Shown: positions 33,968 through 42,872, counted from the stretch's first letter. The stretch is DNA of 49,026 bases from an uncultured Candidatus Saccharibacteria bacterium (GCA_964618905.1 CAZUDK010000004.1:1-49026), one strand, 5' to 3'. The notes: generated by a model from the letters alone, not told the origin. Numbers and translations: made by a program.

Positions 33968-35452
33968 ATGACAGAATTTCGACCTCCTACAGTAGCAGTC
34001 ATGGGGCACATAGACCACGGCAAATCAACGCTCCTAGACTATATAAGGAAGACAAATATTACCGCAAAAGAATCCGGCGGCATAACTCAGCACATCAGTG
34101 CCTACGAAGTGACCCACAAAACTTCTGAAGGTAAAGAGAGTCAGATTACTTTCTTGGATACGCCCGGCCATGAAGCATTTTCAAATATTCGCACCAGAGG
34201 AGCAGGAGCGGCTGATATTGCGATACTAGTCGTCTCTGCCGAAGACGGAGTAAAACCTCAGACAGTAGAAGCTCTTAACCAAATTAAAGAAAGCGGCATC
34301 CCGATGGTTGTGGCTATCAATAAAATAGACAAGCCCAATGCAGACATAAACCGCACCAAGCAAGACTTAGCCGAACATGGGGTTTATGTCGAAGGCTTCG
34401 GCGGAGATGTATCCGTGGCAGAAGTCTCGGCAAAAACCGGAGAAGGAGTCAATGAACTTCTCGATACTCTGATTCTTATTGCAGAGCTTGAAAACTTTAC
34501 AGGAGAGAGAGATGAAAACGGTTCAGGCATAATCATAGAAAGTTTCCTTGATCCCAAAAAAGGCATTACCGCAGTAGCCATAATAAAGAATGGCACAGTC
34601 AGGAAAGGCATGGTTGCAGGCACAGCAGGAGCTGTCGCTCCGCTTAGATTTTTACTTGATTCAGAAGGCAGGCAAGTTGAAGAGCTTTCTTTCTCAAGCC
34701 CTATTCAGATAGTAGGCTGGAATGCGATGCCTCGCGTCGGCGAAGAATTTAAAACTTTTGATAAAAAAGAAGAAGCAGAAGAATATGCTCAAAAAGCCTC
34801 AGAAGAAAAAACTATCAGGATTAATAAAAAAACCTTAAAGGAAGGTTCAGAAGCTCTGCCTATTCTTATAAAAGCCGATACCGCTGGTAGCCTTGAAGCA
34901 CTATCAGATGAGATAAACAAATTAGGAAGAGAGAGAATAGAGCCGGTGATTATTGCATCCGGAGTCGGAACCATAACCGAAGGAGATGTTAAGACAGCCA
35001 TGACATCCAAAGGAGCGGTCATTCTCGGTTTCAATACTAAAGCAGACAACCAGGCTTCCGCTCTGGCAGAACGTTCGGATATAAAAATTATTTTCTCAAA
35101 TATTATTTATGAACTTGTAGACGAGATTCAAAAACTCTTGGAAGAAAATGAGCCGAAGATAGAAACAGAGGAAGTTGTCAGCAGGGCAAAAGTTCTTAAA
35201 CTCTTCAGCGCAGTGAAGAACAAGCAGGTTCTGGGTGGCAGAGTCCTTTCAGGCAACTTTGAGATTGATTCCAATGTAAAAATTATCAGGAGAGAAACTG
35301 AAATCGGCCAAGGCAAAGTAAAAGAACTCCAACAGGCAAAAAGCCCTGCCAAGAGCATCCCCGAAGAAACAGAATTCGGCGCCATGATAGAGTCCAAGAC
35401 AGAGATAGCTCCAAACGATATCCTTGAATCTTTTGTAAAAGTAACCAAGTAA
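33968..35452 (+). CDS. infB: translation initiation factor IF-2 (short form starting at the G domain)
   Basis: [27 protein letters not shown] and NKID G-motifs. The C-terminal beta-barrels are present. There is no N-terminal extension. Confidence 0.92.
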   Translation: MTEFRPPTVAVMGHIDHGKSTLLDYIRKTNITAKESGGITQHISAYEVTHKTSEGKESQITFLDTPGHEAFSNIRTRGAGAADIAILVVSAEDGVKPQTVEALNQIKESGIPMVVAINKIDKPNADINRTKQDLAEHGVYVEGFGGDVSVAEVSAKTGEGVNELLDTLILIAELENFTGERDENGSGIIIESFLDPKKGITAVAIIKNGTVRKGMVAGTAGAVAPLRFLLDSEGRQVEELSFSSPIQIVGWNAMPRVGEEFKTFDKKEEAEEYAQKASEEKTIRINKKTLKEGSEALPILIKADTAGSLEALSDEINKLGRERIEPVIIASGVGTITEGDVKTAMTSKGAVILGFNTKADNQASALAERSDIKIIFSNIIYELVDEIQKLLEENEPKIETEEVVSRAKVLKLFSAVKNKQVLGGRVLSGNFEIDSNVKIIRRETEIGQGKVKELQQAKSPAKSIPEETEFGAMIESKTEIAPNDILESFVKVTK

Positions 35453-35456
35453 ATTT

Positions 35457-35780
35457 ATGAGAGAAATAAAGCGTGAGAGAACAGCGGAAATTCTGCATCA
35501 CTTGGCAGCGGAGTTTGTGCGAAAGGAATCCACAAGCGCTTCTTTAATTACCATCACAAGGGTAGAACTTTCTCCTTCCGGCAAGATTGCAAACATATTT
35601 TTCACTACCCTGCCGGATAGCCAACAAGAGACGGCCGAAAAATTCTTAGCCAGAAAAACTCCGGAATTCAAATCCTATGTGCGCGAACATTCGAAGATCG
35701 GCATCATTCCCCGCCTCGATTTCAAAATAGATTTTGGAGAGCGCAACAGACAAAGGCTCGATGAATTGAGTGAAAGTTAG
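35457..35780 (+). CDS. rbfA: ribosome-binding factor A
   Basis: RTAEILHHLAAEFVRKES...ITITRVELSPSGKIANIFF...IPRLDFKID is the RbfA KH-like pattern. Position after infB is canonical. Confidence 0.85.
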   Translation: MREIKRERTAEILHHLAAEFVRKESTSASLITITRVELSPSGKIANIFFTTLPDSQQETAEKFLARKTPEFKSYVREHSKIGIIPRLDFKIDFGERNRQRLDELSES

Positions 35781-35801
35781 GTTCGATTCTCGCTAAAAAT
35801 T

Positions 35802-35875
35802 TGGTGCGGGTAGCGAGAATCGAACTCGCGCTTCAACCTTGGGAAGGTCGCGTCCTGCCACTAAACCATACCCGC
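35802..35875 (-). tRNA. tRNA-Gly (anticodon CCC), CCA encoded
   Basis: The reverse complement is GCGGGTATGGTTTAGTGGCAGGACGCGACCTTCCCAAGGTTGAAGCGCGAGTTCGATTCTCGCTACCCGCACCA. Confidence 0.9.
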
Positions 35876-36005
35876 TATATCAAGGAAGTTTACTCTGTTT
35901 AAATTACACCGGCAATTCAAATATTGAACCGGTCTGGACAATTAATGCTGCAGGTGGCAAGGTAAAAAAGGAACAGTTATTTAAACAACATTGAAAGGAG
36001 GAATC

Positions 36006-36854
36006 ATGCCCGGATTAATGCTCAAGCCGGGTTACTGCATTCATGGCGTGCCGTATCATACCTGTGCTCTGGAAGAAGTGGAGTGGCAAAAAATCCACAC
36101 AGATAAGCCAGATGCACGCGCTGATGCTTCGTTCTCTCTATTGTCGAAGCAAACCACTGCCGTGGATGTTGTCGGGCCGCTATATCTGTGGGCAGTGGAA
36201 CAAATTCTCGAAAAAGCGCCCAACCTGCAATTGTTGCGCACCTCTCCCTCAAACAAGCAGATGATAGGGCCTCGCCACAAAGCCTTGCTCTATGCGCACG
36301 GCGTCATGGTTACGTTTAAGAGAGCACGAAAGAAAAAGACCGATCCGCCTGAAACCAAGCATTACAAGAGGGCCTTGGCTCTTTTCAAAACACTGACCAG
36401 AGAACAGAAGCAGAAATTATCCGAGTTGGAGAAGTGGCGATTTGTGGAAGTTAAAATGGTCGAAGTTTATGTCGGCCTCAACGGCCATACTCGCCAATCG
36501 ACCTCAGAAATAGCTTCCGCCTTTGACATCTCGGAGAGCACGGCCACCTGTCATATTAATGGATTTCTGAAATATCTGAATCCCGATTTTCAGGTAAATA
36601 CGAAAGCCATTAAATATGCGGAGACCCTCAAAGAGAGAGTGGTTTTTCAGCGTAAGCTGCGGCGTGCAGCAACACCACTCTTCATGAGGAGGCTCGAAGC
36701 ATACAGCCCAAGAGCGCATGCGCTGCTTGTCGACAGGTTTGGTCTGAAGGATGGTGTACACAAAAGTTACCGAGTGCTCAGCAAGCGCCACAATCTAAAC
36801 CATTTTTCAGTACAAGTCGAAATTGAGAAAGCTCTGAACTTCATAGGGCTTTAG
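36006..36854 (+). CDS. hypothetical protein with two sigma-70 region-4-like HTH segments
   Basis: Start set at the ATG at 36006 (AAAGGAGGAATC upstream). STSEIASAFDISESTATCHINGFLKYL and SYRVLSKRHNLNHFSVQVEIEKALNFI look like HTH units. Confidence 0.55.
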   Translation: MPGLMLKPGYCIHGVPYHTCALEEVEWQKIHTDKPDARADASFSLLSKQTTAVDVVGPLYLWAVEQILEKAPNLQLLRTSPSNKQMIGPRHKALLYAHGVMVTFKRARKKKTDPPETKHYKRALALFKTLTREQKQKLSELEKWRFVEVKMVEVYVGLNGHTRQSTSEIASAFDISESTATCHINGFLKYLNPDFQVNTKAIKYAETLKERVVFQRKLRRAATPLFMRRLEAYSPRAHALLVDRFGLKDGVHKSYRVLSKRHNLNHFSVQVEIEKALNFIGL

Positions 36855-36871
36855 TACATTTAACCCAAGCA

Positions 36872-36901
36872 ATAGCCGCGGACGTATACGTCCGCGGCTA
36901 T
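36872..36901. terminator. bidirectional terminator hairpin
   Basis: ATAGCCGCGGACG-TATA-CGTCCGCGGCTAT, 13-bp perfect stem, between convergent genes. Confidence 0.8.
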
Positions 36902-37224
36902 TATTTTGCTTTTCTTTTATTGCCTTTAGCTTTTCTACTCAGTACAAATTTTTGTGAGGAACTCAATGCTTTATCCTTCCGATGAGTGCAGCCATACCAA
37001 CAGCATGGGCGCCGCTTTCCTTCTTTAAGCTCCAAGATGACTCTGCTAATATGCTCTTTTCGTTTTTCAGATGTCTTTACAGATATGGTCCAGCAAATCC
37101 ATTCGTTGCGGGCAAGCGGCGTAATATCTTCCCAAGCCGCCAAAGCCTTAGCATCGGAAGACAGCGCCTCTCGCAAATCTGTCGGTAGCGAGTGAGCTAC
37201 ACCGCCTGAAATATTTTTTGCCAT
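36901..37224 (-). CDS. YdeI/OmpD-associated family protein
   Basis: LPTDLREALSSDAKALAAWEDITPLARNEWICWTISVKTSEKRKEHISRVILELKEGKRRPC matches the YdeI_OmdA pattern. Confidence 0.7.
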   Translation of the reverse strand: MAKNISGGVAHSLPTDLREALSSDAKALAAWEDITPLARNEWICWTISVKTSEKRKEHISRVILELKEGKRRPCCWYGCTHRKDKALSSSQKFVLSRKAKGNKRKAK

Positions 37225-37304
37225 ATTTTAATTTTATCAAATCTCATTTCACCTCGCGAAGCGCTGCTTATGCAACCAACGGTTATTCTAAAAATCTATA
37301 ATCT

Positions 37305-37389
37305 TGGTGGGCCAGGTGGGAATCGAACCCACATCCCTTGCGAGACACGATTTTAAGTCGTGCGCGTATACCTATTCCGCCACTGGCCC
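37305..37389 (-). tRNA. tRNA-Leu (anticodon TAA), CCA encoded
   Basis: The reverse complement is GGGCCAG...CACGA-CTTAAAA-TCGTG, long variable arm, GTGGG-TTCGATT-CCCAC, CTGGCCC-A-CCA. Confidence 0.9.
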
Positions 37390-37424
37390 AAATCCTCCTC
37401 ATGTATTTAGCAAGAAGAGGCAGG

Positions 37425-37496
37425 AGGCGTAGAGGGGAATTGAACCCCTGCATAGCGGTTTTGCAGACCGCCGCGTTACCACTTCGCCACTACGCC
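37425..37496 (-). tRNA. tRNA-Cys (anticodon GCA)
   Basis: The reverse complement is GGCGTAG...GCGGT-CTGCAAA-ACCGC...AGGGG-TTCAATT-CCCCT-CTACGCC with U73 discriminator, as expected for Cys. Confidence 0.9.
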
Positions 37497-37559
37497 GCGC
37501 GCTCTCTACATTAACATAATTGAAAAAGCTTCGCTTTTCTGGAATACTATCTTTGTCTA

Positions 37560-37632
37560 GCCCCTATAGCTCAGCCGGTAGAGCAGACGCCTCTTAAGCG
37601 TAAGGTCCTAGGTTCGATCCCTAGTGGGGGCA
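37560..37632 (+). tRNA. tRNA-Lys (anticodon CTT)
   Basis: Acceptor GCCCCTA/TGGGGGC, anticodon loop CTCTTAA, T arm CTAGG-TTCGATC-CCTAG, discriminator A. Followed by CAA. Confidence 0.9.
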
Positions 37633-37783
37633 CAAGAGTGCAAAAATATGCTCTGCTGCATGTTTTTGCACTCTTGTGCCGGGCGGAGCGTTACCGAGCC
37701 TGTAGGCGAGGTCGCGAGCCGGGGTCGAGAAATTTTGCGAGTCCTGCCGGCAGGCAGAGACAACGAGCAAAATATTCGTGACC
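37633..37783 (+). ncRNA. candidate structured element, copy D1 (complete)
   Basis: P1 is a 16-bp perfect hairpin, CACAAGAGTGCAAAAA (37631-37646) / TTTTTGCACTCTTGTG (37663-37678). Then GGGCGGAGCG, a P2 hairpin 37691-37712, CGCGAGCCGGGG (37713-37724), and P3 GGTC GA GAAATTTTGC-[28 nt]-GCAAAAT(A)TTC GT GACC (37723-37783). Confidence 0.55.
37652..37690 (+). repeat. 39-nt exact direct repeat, copy 1
   Basis: TCTGCTGCATGTTTTTGCACTCTTGTGCCGGGCGGAGCG is identical to 37804-37842. Confidence 0.95.
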
Positions 37784-37867
37784 ACAAGACCTTACAGAAT
37801 CGTTCTGCTGCATGTTTTTGCACTCTTGTGCCGGGCGGAGCGATGTTATGTTCAAACATCAAACCGC
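37784..37867 (+). ncRNA. candidate structured element, copy D2 (5' part only, tandem to D1)
   Basis: CACAAGA (from 37783), 14 unrelated nt, then a 39-nt exact repeat of D1, then GCGATG-hairpin-AAACCGC as in copies B and C. Breaks off 13 nt before tRNA-Leu(TAG). Confidence 0.45.
37804..37842 (+). repeat. 39-nt exact direct repeat, copy 2
   Basis: Identical to 37652-37690. Confidence 0.95.
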
Positions 37868-37880
37868 AATTATATACAAA

Positions 37881-37965
37881 GCTGGGGTGGTGAAATTGGT
37901 AGACACGCTTGCCTTAGGAGCAAGTGCCGCAAGGCGTGGAGGTTCAAGTCCTCTCCCCAGCACCA
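37881..37965 (+). tRNA. tRNA-Leu (anticodon TAG), CCA encoded
   Basis: Acceptor GCTGGGG/CCCCAGC, anticodon arm CTTGC-CTTAGGA-GCAAG, long variable arm, T loop TTCAAGT, A-CCA end. Confidence 0.9.
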
Positions 37966-38006
37966 GAAATTTATTATAAATTTTAATATCCAATATACTT
38001 TTTAGA

Positions 38007-39935
38007 ATGAATAAAACTGATAAAGATAAAACTCTTCAAGGCCGCATCAAAACAACCAGCAAAGGTGTAGGTTACTTCCCTGTTGAAGACAGTGACACAG
38101 ATTTGGAAATCCAGCCCGAAAACTTATCCGGCGCCTTAAATGGAGATGAAGTAGAAATACAAATACTCGAAAAAGAAATCAGAGGGCGCAAGCAAGCAAA
38201 AGTTATAAAAGTCCTGGAAAGGAAAAAAGAGAATTTCGTAGGCACTTTAGAGAAGGTAGACGATGGTTTTTTCCTCGTGCCTGACGACAAGCGAATGTAC
38301 ATCGACATATTCGTACCGAAAGATTCCGCCCAAAATGCCAAAGATGGAGACAAAGTACAAGTCCATATAAAAGAATGGGAAGATTTATCCAAAAGTCCAA
38401 AAGGTGAAGTTCTAAAGGTTATAGGAAAGACCGGAGAGAACAATGCCGAGATGAAAGCCATCGTTCTCGAAAGAGGATTTGATGTAGATTTTCCTCCTGA
38501 AGTAGAGAGAGAAGCAGAAGAGTGGAAGGAGAAATATGAAGCGGAAGATCATCTCAAGAACAGAACTGATTTCAGAGACAGGACCACCTTTACCATAGAT
38601 CCTGCTGACGCAAAAGATTTCGACGATGCCATATCAGTTGAATTTCTGCCGGATGGAAATTACGAAATAGGCATACACATAGCAGATGTCTCGCATTTCG
38701 TCGTGCCCAAAACCGCGCTTGATGATGAAGCAAGGAAAAGAGGAACATCTATCTATCTAGTAGATCGCACTATACCGATGCTGCCGGAGATACTTTCAAA
38801 CGATCTCTGCTCTCTTAATCCGAATGTAGAGAAGTATGCCTTTTCCGCAGTCTTTGTTATGGACGATAAAGGTCACATAAAGGAGCGCTGGTTTGGAAAA
38901 ACTTTAATAAAATCTGACAAAAGATTCACCTATGAAGAAGCGCAGGAAATTCTGGATAAAAAAGACGGACTCTTCATCAAGGAGCTTACGACATTAGATA
39001 CTATCGCCAAAAAACTTAGAGCTGAGCGGTATAAAAGAGGAGCAATAGACTTTGAAACTGAAGAAGTTAAATTCGTATTAGATGATACAGGCAAGCCTAT
39101 TCGTGTTTATAAAAAAGAGCGCAAGGACACTCATAAGCTTGTCGAAGATTTCATGCTTCTTGCTAACCGAGAGGTAGCTACCTTTATGCATGCAGCAAAC
39201 GACAACGGCTTCAAAGGCGCTTTCGTCTACCGCATACACGATGCTCCGGATCGAGAAAAAATCATCAACCTTGCTACGTTTGTAAAAGCTCTCGGTTTCG
39301 AACTCGATAACAAAGATGGAGAAACGACCGCCATAGACATTGCTAAAATGCTTCGCTCAGTGGAAGGCTCCCCTGCCGAAGAATTAATAAAAACTGCAGC
39401 TGTCAGATCCATGTCCAAAGCCGTATATTCCACTTCAAACATCGGTCACTTCGGTCTTGGTTTTGAATATTATACTCACTTCACTTCACCAATAAGGCGG
39501 TACCCCGATTTGATAGTTCACCGCCTTATCTACAGATTCTTAACCAAAGGCAAAGTGGAACAAAACGAGATCATCAAATATCAAAAACTGGCAGAAGAAG
39601 CCAGTGAGCGAGAGCTTGATGCAGCAGAAGCAGAACGCGCCTCTATCAAATACAAGCAGGTGGAATACATGCAGGAGCATATTGGCGAACAGTTCGATGC
39701 CACTATCTCTGGAGTATCCGAATGGGGAATTTATGTCGAAGAAGAAGAGACAAAAGCAGAAGGTATGGTAAGACTTCGAGACATGGAAGGAGATTTCTAC
39801 GAGCTGGATGAGAAGTCATACTCGGTTGTAGGAAAAACCACAGGCAAGAGATATTCTCTTGGCGACAAAGTACGGGTCAAACTAATCTCCGCCGACTCTG
39901 AACGCAAGACTCTTGACTTTCAGCTAATAGATTAA
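38007..39935 (+). CDS. rnr: ribonuclease R (RNB family 3'-5' exoribonuclease)
   Basis: N-terminal OB folds, RNB core (TIDPADAKDFDDAISV, YLVDRTIPMLP, HFGLG...YTHFTSPIRRYPDLIVHR) and a C-terminal S1 domain. Confidence 0.92.
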   Translation: MNKTDKDKTLQGRIKTTSKGVGYFPVEDSDTDLEIQPENLSGALNGDEVEIQILEKEIRGRKQAKVIKVLERKKENFVGTLEKVDDGFFLVPDDKRMYIDIFVPKDSAQNAKDGDKVQVHIKEWEDLSKSPKGEVLKVIGKTGENNAEMKAIVLERGFDVDFPPEVEREAEEWKEKYEAEDHLKNRTDFRDRTTFTIDPADAKDFDDAISVEFLPDGNYEIGIHIADVSHFVVPKTALDDEARKRGTSIYLVDRTIPMLPEILSNDLCSLNPNVEKYAFSAVFVMDDKGHIKERWFGKTLIKSDKRFTYEEAQEILDKKDGLFIKELTTLDTIAKKLRAERYKRGAIDFETEEVKFVLDDTGKPIRVYKKERKDTHKLVEDFMLLANREVATFMHAANDNGFKGAFVYRIHDAPDREKIINLATFVKALGFELDNKDGETTAIDIAKMLRSVEGSPAEELIKTAAVRSMSKAVYSTSNIGHFGLGFEYYTHFTSPIRRYPDLIVHRLIYRFLTKGKVEQNEIIKYQKLAEEASERELDAAEAERASIKYKQVEYMQEHIGEQFDATISGVSEWGIYVEEEETKAEGMVRLRDMEGDFYELDEKSYSVVGKTTGKRYSLGDKVRVKLISADSERKTLDFQLID

Positions 39936-39954
39936 GGTTACAAAAAATATCTAA

Positions 39955-42156
39955 TCACTTGGCGACCTGTACTGCTTCCTCAAAGGCAATGGAAAGAAGC
40001 TTTGATGCGCCTGTGCTCGACATTGTTACGCCGTAGATGACGCCCGCCCGCGCCATGGTTTCCCTATTGTGAGTTATCAAAATGAGCTGGGAACGCTCTG
40101 CAAGCTTCTCTACCAAATCGCCGTATTTTTTGGAATTGGATTCATCAAGAGCTGCATCAGTCTCATCGAGAATAATAAATGGCGGCGGATTAACTTGCGA
40201 TACGGCGAAGATAAGAGCGATAGAAGTAAGCGCCCTTTCTCCACCTGAGAGCATCTCCAGACCGCGAATTTTCTTGCGGGGCAGGTTTATGGATATCTCT
40301 AGCCCTTCCTCTGCTTGAGATTCTCCATCTTCCAGTATCTCTTCTTCTGCACCGACAAATGGGTCAGATGACTTACTCTTCTTTTCTTTAACTAATTTTA
40401 ATTTTGCTTCTCCGCCGCCGAACATCACTTTGAAAAGCTCGGAAAACTCGCTGTTTATCTTAGAAACTCCGGAAGTAAATTCAGTTACAAGCTTTTCCTC
40501 AAGTTCTGATATTAATTCTCTTAAAGATTTTGCTGACTCCTCAAGATCTAAAATTTCTTTAGCTAAGAACTGGTCTCGCTCGGCCGTCTCGTTGTACTCC
40601 TTAACCACATCTTCCGTACCGGACACTCCGGAATCCTCCAAACAGATTTTCAGTTTCTGTATTTCCCTTTTTCTTTCTTCCTGCTTTTCTCTACTGATAG
40701 AAACCATTTCCTCATCTTCTTCAAATCTTAAAACTTGCGTACCAGCCAAGTGTGCCACTTCCTCAAGCTCTCGCTTATATTCACTCTCCTCTGCTTTAAT
40801 AGACTCCAATTTAGCTTCTAAAAACTTTTGTTTAGATAAAAGCTCATTCTCTTCTGACATCATCCTAAAGACGGCCTTTTCGGCATCCAAACTTGAATCT
40901 TTGTCTTTATCTATCCCCCTTTTCAGCTCCTCATAATCTTCTTTCAATAGATTTTCTTTGCTATAGAGAGCAGAAATTCTTTTCTCCACTTCAGCTTTTT
41001 GACTGCTTAGCTGTACAATCCTGCGCTCAGCTCCTTCGAGGACTGCGGAATGACCTTCATTTTTCTTAGACCTTATAAAATCCTTGAGTCTTTCTAAAAT
41101 TTTCTCGGCTGAATTGAAAGAGGTGATCTCTCTCAATAAACTTTCCAAGTCTTTGAGTCTGACAGTCTTATGCTCTTCGGATGCAAAAGCTTCTCGCTCT
41201 CTTCTTATCACTCCTTCTTCTGCAGAGATCGAACCTTCAAGTCTACCTATCTCCCTCTGTTCTCTACCCTGTTCTTCCCTGACTTCCCTTATCTTGGATT
41301 CGAGTTCCAAAACAAGATACTCCTTCTTACTTTGTTTGCCCACATCTTCAAGAACCTGCCTTGCTTTGATAAGTTCCTTCGATATTTCCAAAAGAGATTC
41401 GGTGATAGATCTCTTTTCAGCTTCTATAGAGGTTTTGGCATTCTTCAGGTAAATCTCTTCCATCTTGAAATATTTTCTTCCGACAGAGACGAGCTCCTGG
41501 CGCATTGCTTCAGCCTGCTCGATCTTTTCAACCTGCTTTTTTAGAAACTTTAAATGCGGAGCTATTTCTTTGCGCAAAGATTCTACTTTTGAAATATTTT
41601 CAAATACTTTCTGAAGTTTTTTACTGCTTTCGACTTTCTTGTATTGATATATGCGCAAACCTAAAGCATCTTCAATAAAGGCTTTGAGCTCTCTCGGCGA
41701 AGCCGAGAGAGCTCTGTCTGCCTCCCCTTGCGAAATAATGTGATGCCCAGAAGAACCAATCTTAGCTTCTGCCAGAAGCTCTAAAACATCCTTTAATCTA
41801 ACTTTAGAGCCATTTATCAGATATTCGTTCACACCATCTCGATGAACTACCCTTTCCACGGTTACTTCAGGAAAATCAACACTGAATAATTTATCACTGT
41901 TGTCGAAGACAACTTTTACTGAAGCCCTATTTGCCCGACTTTCGCCGGAAGCACCATTCCATATCAAGTCTTCACCACGCTTACCGCGCATGCTTTTTAT
42001 GGATTGCTCGCCCAAGACAAAGCGGAATGACTCAGCCACATTTGATTTGCCCGAACCATTAGGTCCCACTATGGCAGAAATCGGCGCACTGAATTCTAAA
42101 GAGCTCTTTTTGGCAAATGACTTGAACCCGCTAAGTTCTATTGATTTTAAATGCAT
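39955..42156 (-). CDS. smc: SMC-like ATPase, short form without recognisable hinge
   Basis: N-terminal head MHLKSIELSGFKSFA...GPNGSGKSN. C-terminal head LSGGERALTSIALIFA...FIILDETDAALD. About 430 aa of coiled coil between them, and only 733 aa in total. Confidence 0.8.
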   Translation of the reverse strand: MHLKSIELSGFKSFAKKSSLEFSAPISAIVGPNGSGKSNVAESFRFVLGEQSIKSMRGKRGEDLIWNGASGESRANRASVKVVFDNSDKLFSVDFPEVTVERVVHRDGVNEYLINGSKVRLKDVLELLAEAKIGSSGHHIISQGEADRALSASPRELKAFIEDALGLRIYQYKKVESSKKLQKVFENISKVESLRKEIAPHLKFLKKQVEKIEQAEAMRQELVSVGRKYFKMEEIYLKNAKTSIEAEKRSITESLLEISKELIKARQVLEDVGKQSKKEYLVLELESKIREVREEQGREQREIGRLEGSISAEEGVIRREREAFASEEHKTVRLKDLESLLREITSFNSAEKILERLKDFIRSKKNEGHSAVLEGAERRIVQLSSQKAEVEKRISALYSKENLLKEDYEELKRGIDKDKDSSLDAEKAVFRMMSEENELLSKQKFLEAKLESIKAEESEYKRELEEVAHLAGTQVLRFEEDEEMVSISREKQEERKREIQKLKICLEDSGVSGTEDVVKEYNETAERDQFLAKEILDLEESAKSLRELISELEEKLVTEFTSGVSKINSEFSELFKVMFGGGEAKLKLVKEKKSKSSDPFVGAEEEILEDGESQAEEGLEISINLPRKKIRGLEMLSGGERALTSIALIFAVSQVNPPPFIILDETDAALDESNSKKYGDLVEKLAERSQLILITHNRETMARAGVIYGVTMSSTGASKLLSIAFEEAVQVAK

Positions 42157-42182
42157 ATTTCCTCAAGTAAGAACAAGAAAAA

Positions 42183-42872
42183 TTACGACCAGCCCTGAGA
42201 ATCCAGCGCCATCTTAGCTGCCTCCTGTTCTGCATCTTGCTTAGACTTGCCTTCTCCCTTACCCATAAGCTCCTTGCCCACGTAAACACCGACTGTAAAA
42301 TGCTTGTCGTGGTCAGGACCTGTTTCCTTGATGGTTTTATATACCGGAGTAAGGCCTTTAAACTCTTGCGCCTTTTCTTGGAAAAGACTCTTGGAATCTA
42401 TCCATTTCTCTTGAGCAACAATACTATCGGTCAGAGGGACAATGTATTTATTTATAAAATTCTTAGCTGAGTCATATCCTTGATCTATATATATTGCTCC
42501 GATAATCGCCTCCAAAGTATCAGCCAATATATATTGTCTGGCTCTGCCCACATCCTTGGATTCACCTTTAGACAAAAGAAGAAAATCATTAACATTTATG
42601 CTGCTGGCGACTTGGGAACATGTATCGGCATTAACTAAAGCTGAGCGCAGAGAAGTCAATTCTCCTTCATTCATTTCTTTGAAGTGGTTGAAAAGATAAT
42701 CTGTGATAACAAGCTCAAGCACGGCATCGCCAAGAAATTCGAGCCTTTCATTATTTTCAAGGCCGGCAGACTTGTTCTCGTTTATGTATGACCTGTGCGT
42801 AAAAGCCCGCCTCAAAAGAGCCTGGTCGTTGAACTTTATGCCTATCAGTTTTTCAAATTTTTCTAAATCCAT
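42183..42872 (-). CDS. rnc: ribonuclease III
   Basis: NERLEFLGDAVLE catalytic signature and a C-terminal dsRBD (GPDHDKHFTV...GEGKSKQDAEQEAA). Confidence 0.93.
   Translation of the reverse strand: MDLEKFEKLIGIKFNDQALLRRAFTHRSYINENKSAGLENNERLEFLGDAVLELVITDYLFNHFKEMNEGELTSLRSALVNADTCSQVASSINVNDFLLLSKGESKDVGRARQYILADTLEAIIGAIYIDQGYDSAKNFINKYIVPLTDSIVAQEKWIDSKSLFQEKAQEFKGLTPVYKTIKETGPDHDKHFTVGVYVGKELMGKGEGKSKQDAEQEAAKMALDSQGWS

Noticed and set aside
35951-35967. Possible remnant copy of the tRNA-Leu(TAA) 3' end (CAGGTGGCAAGG versus CAGGTGGGAATC) at the far side of the 36-37 kb islet
   Set aside because: Only about 11 of 17 positions match. That is indistinguishable from chance without statistics.
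37652-37842. Mini CRISPR array (two 39-nt repeats 113 nt apart)
   Set aside because: There are only two copies. The spacing is far longer than a spacer and is itself the conserved structured module. No cas genes are present.
37608-37893. ORFs 37608..37862 (-) and 37624..37893 (+), 84 and 89 aa
   Set aside because: They run through tRNA-Lys and the hairpin and repeat sequence of element D1/D2. Their length is a by-product of the repeats, and they have no RBS or coding-like composition.
40082-42217. Several Ser-rich plus-strand ORFs (for example 40430..40936, 41084..41544)
   Set aside because: They are antisense to the Glu/Lys-rich coiled coil of the smc-like gene, a typical shadow-frame artefact.
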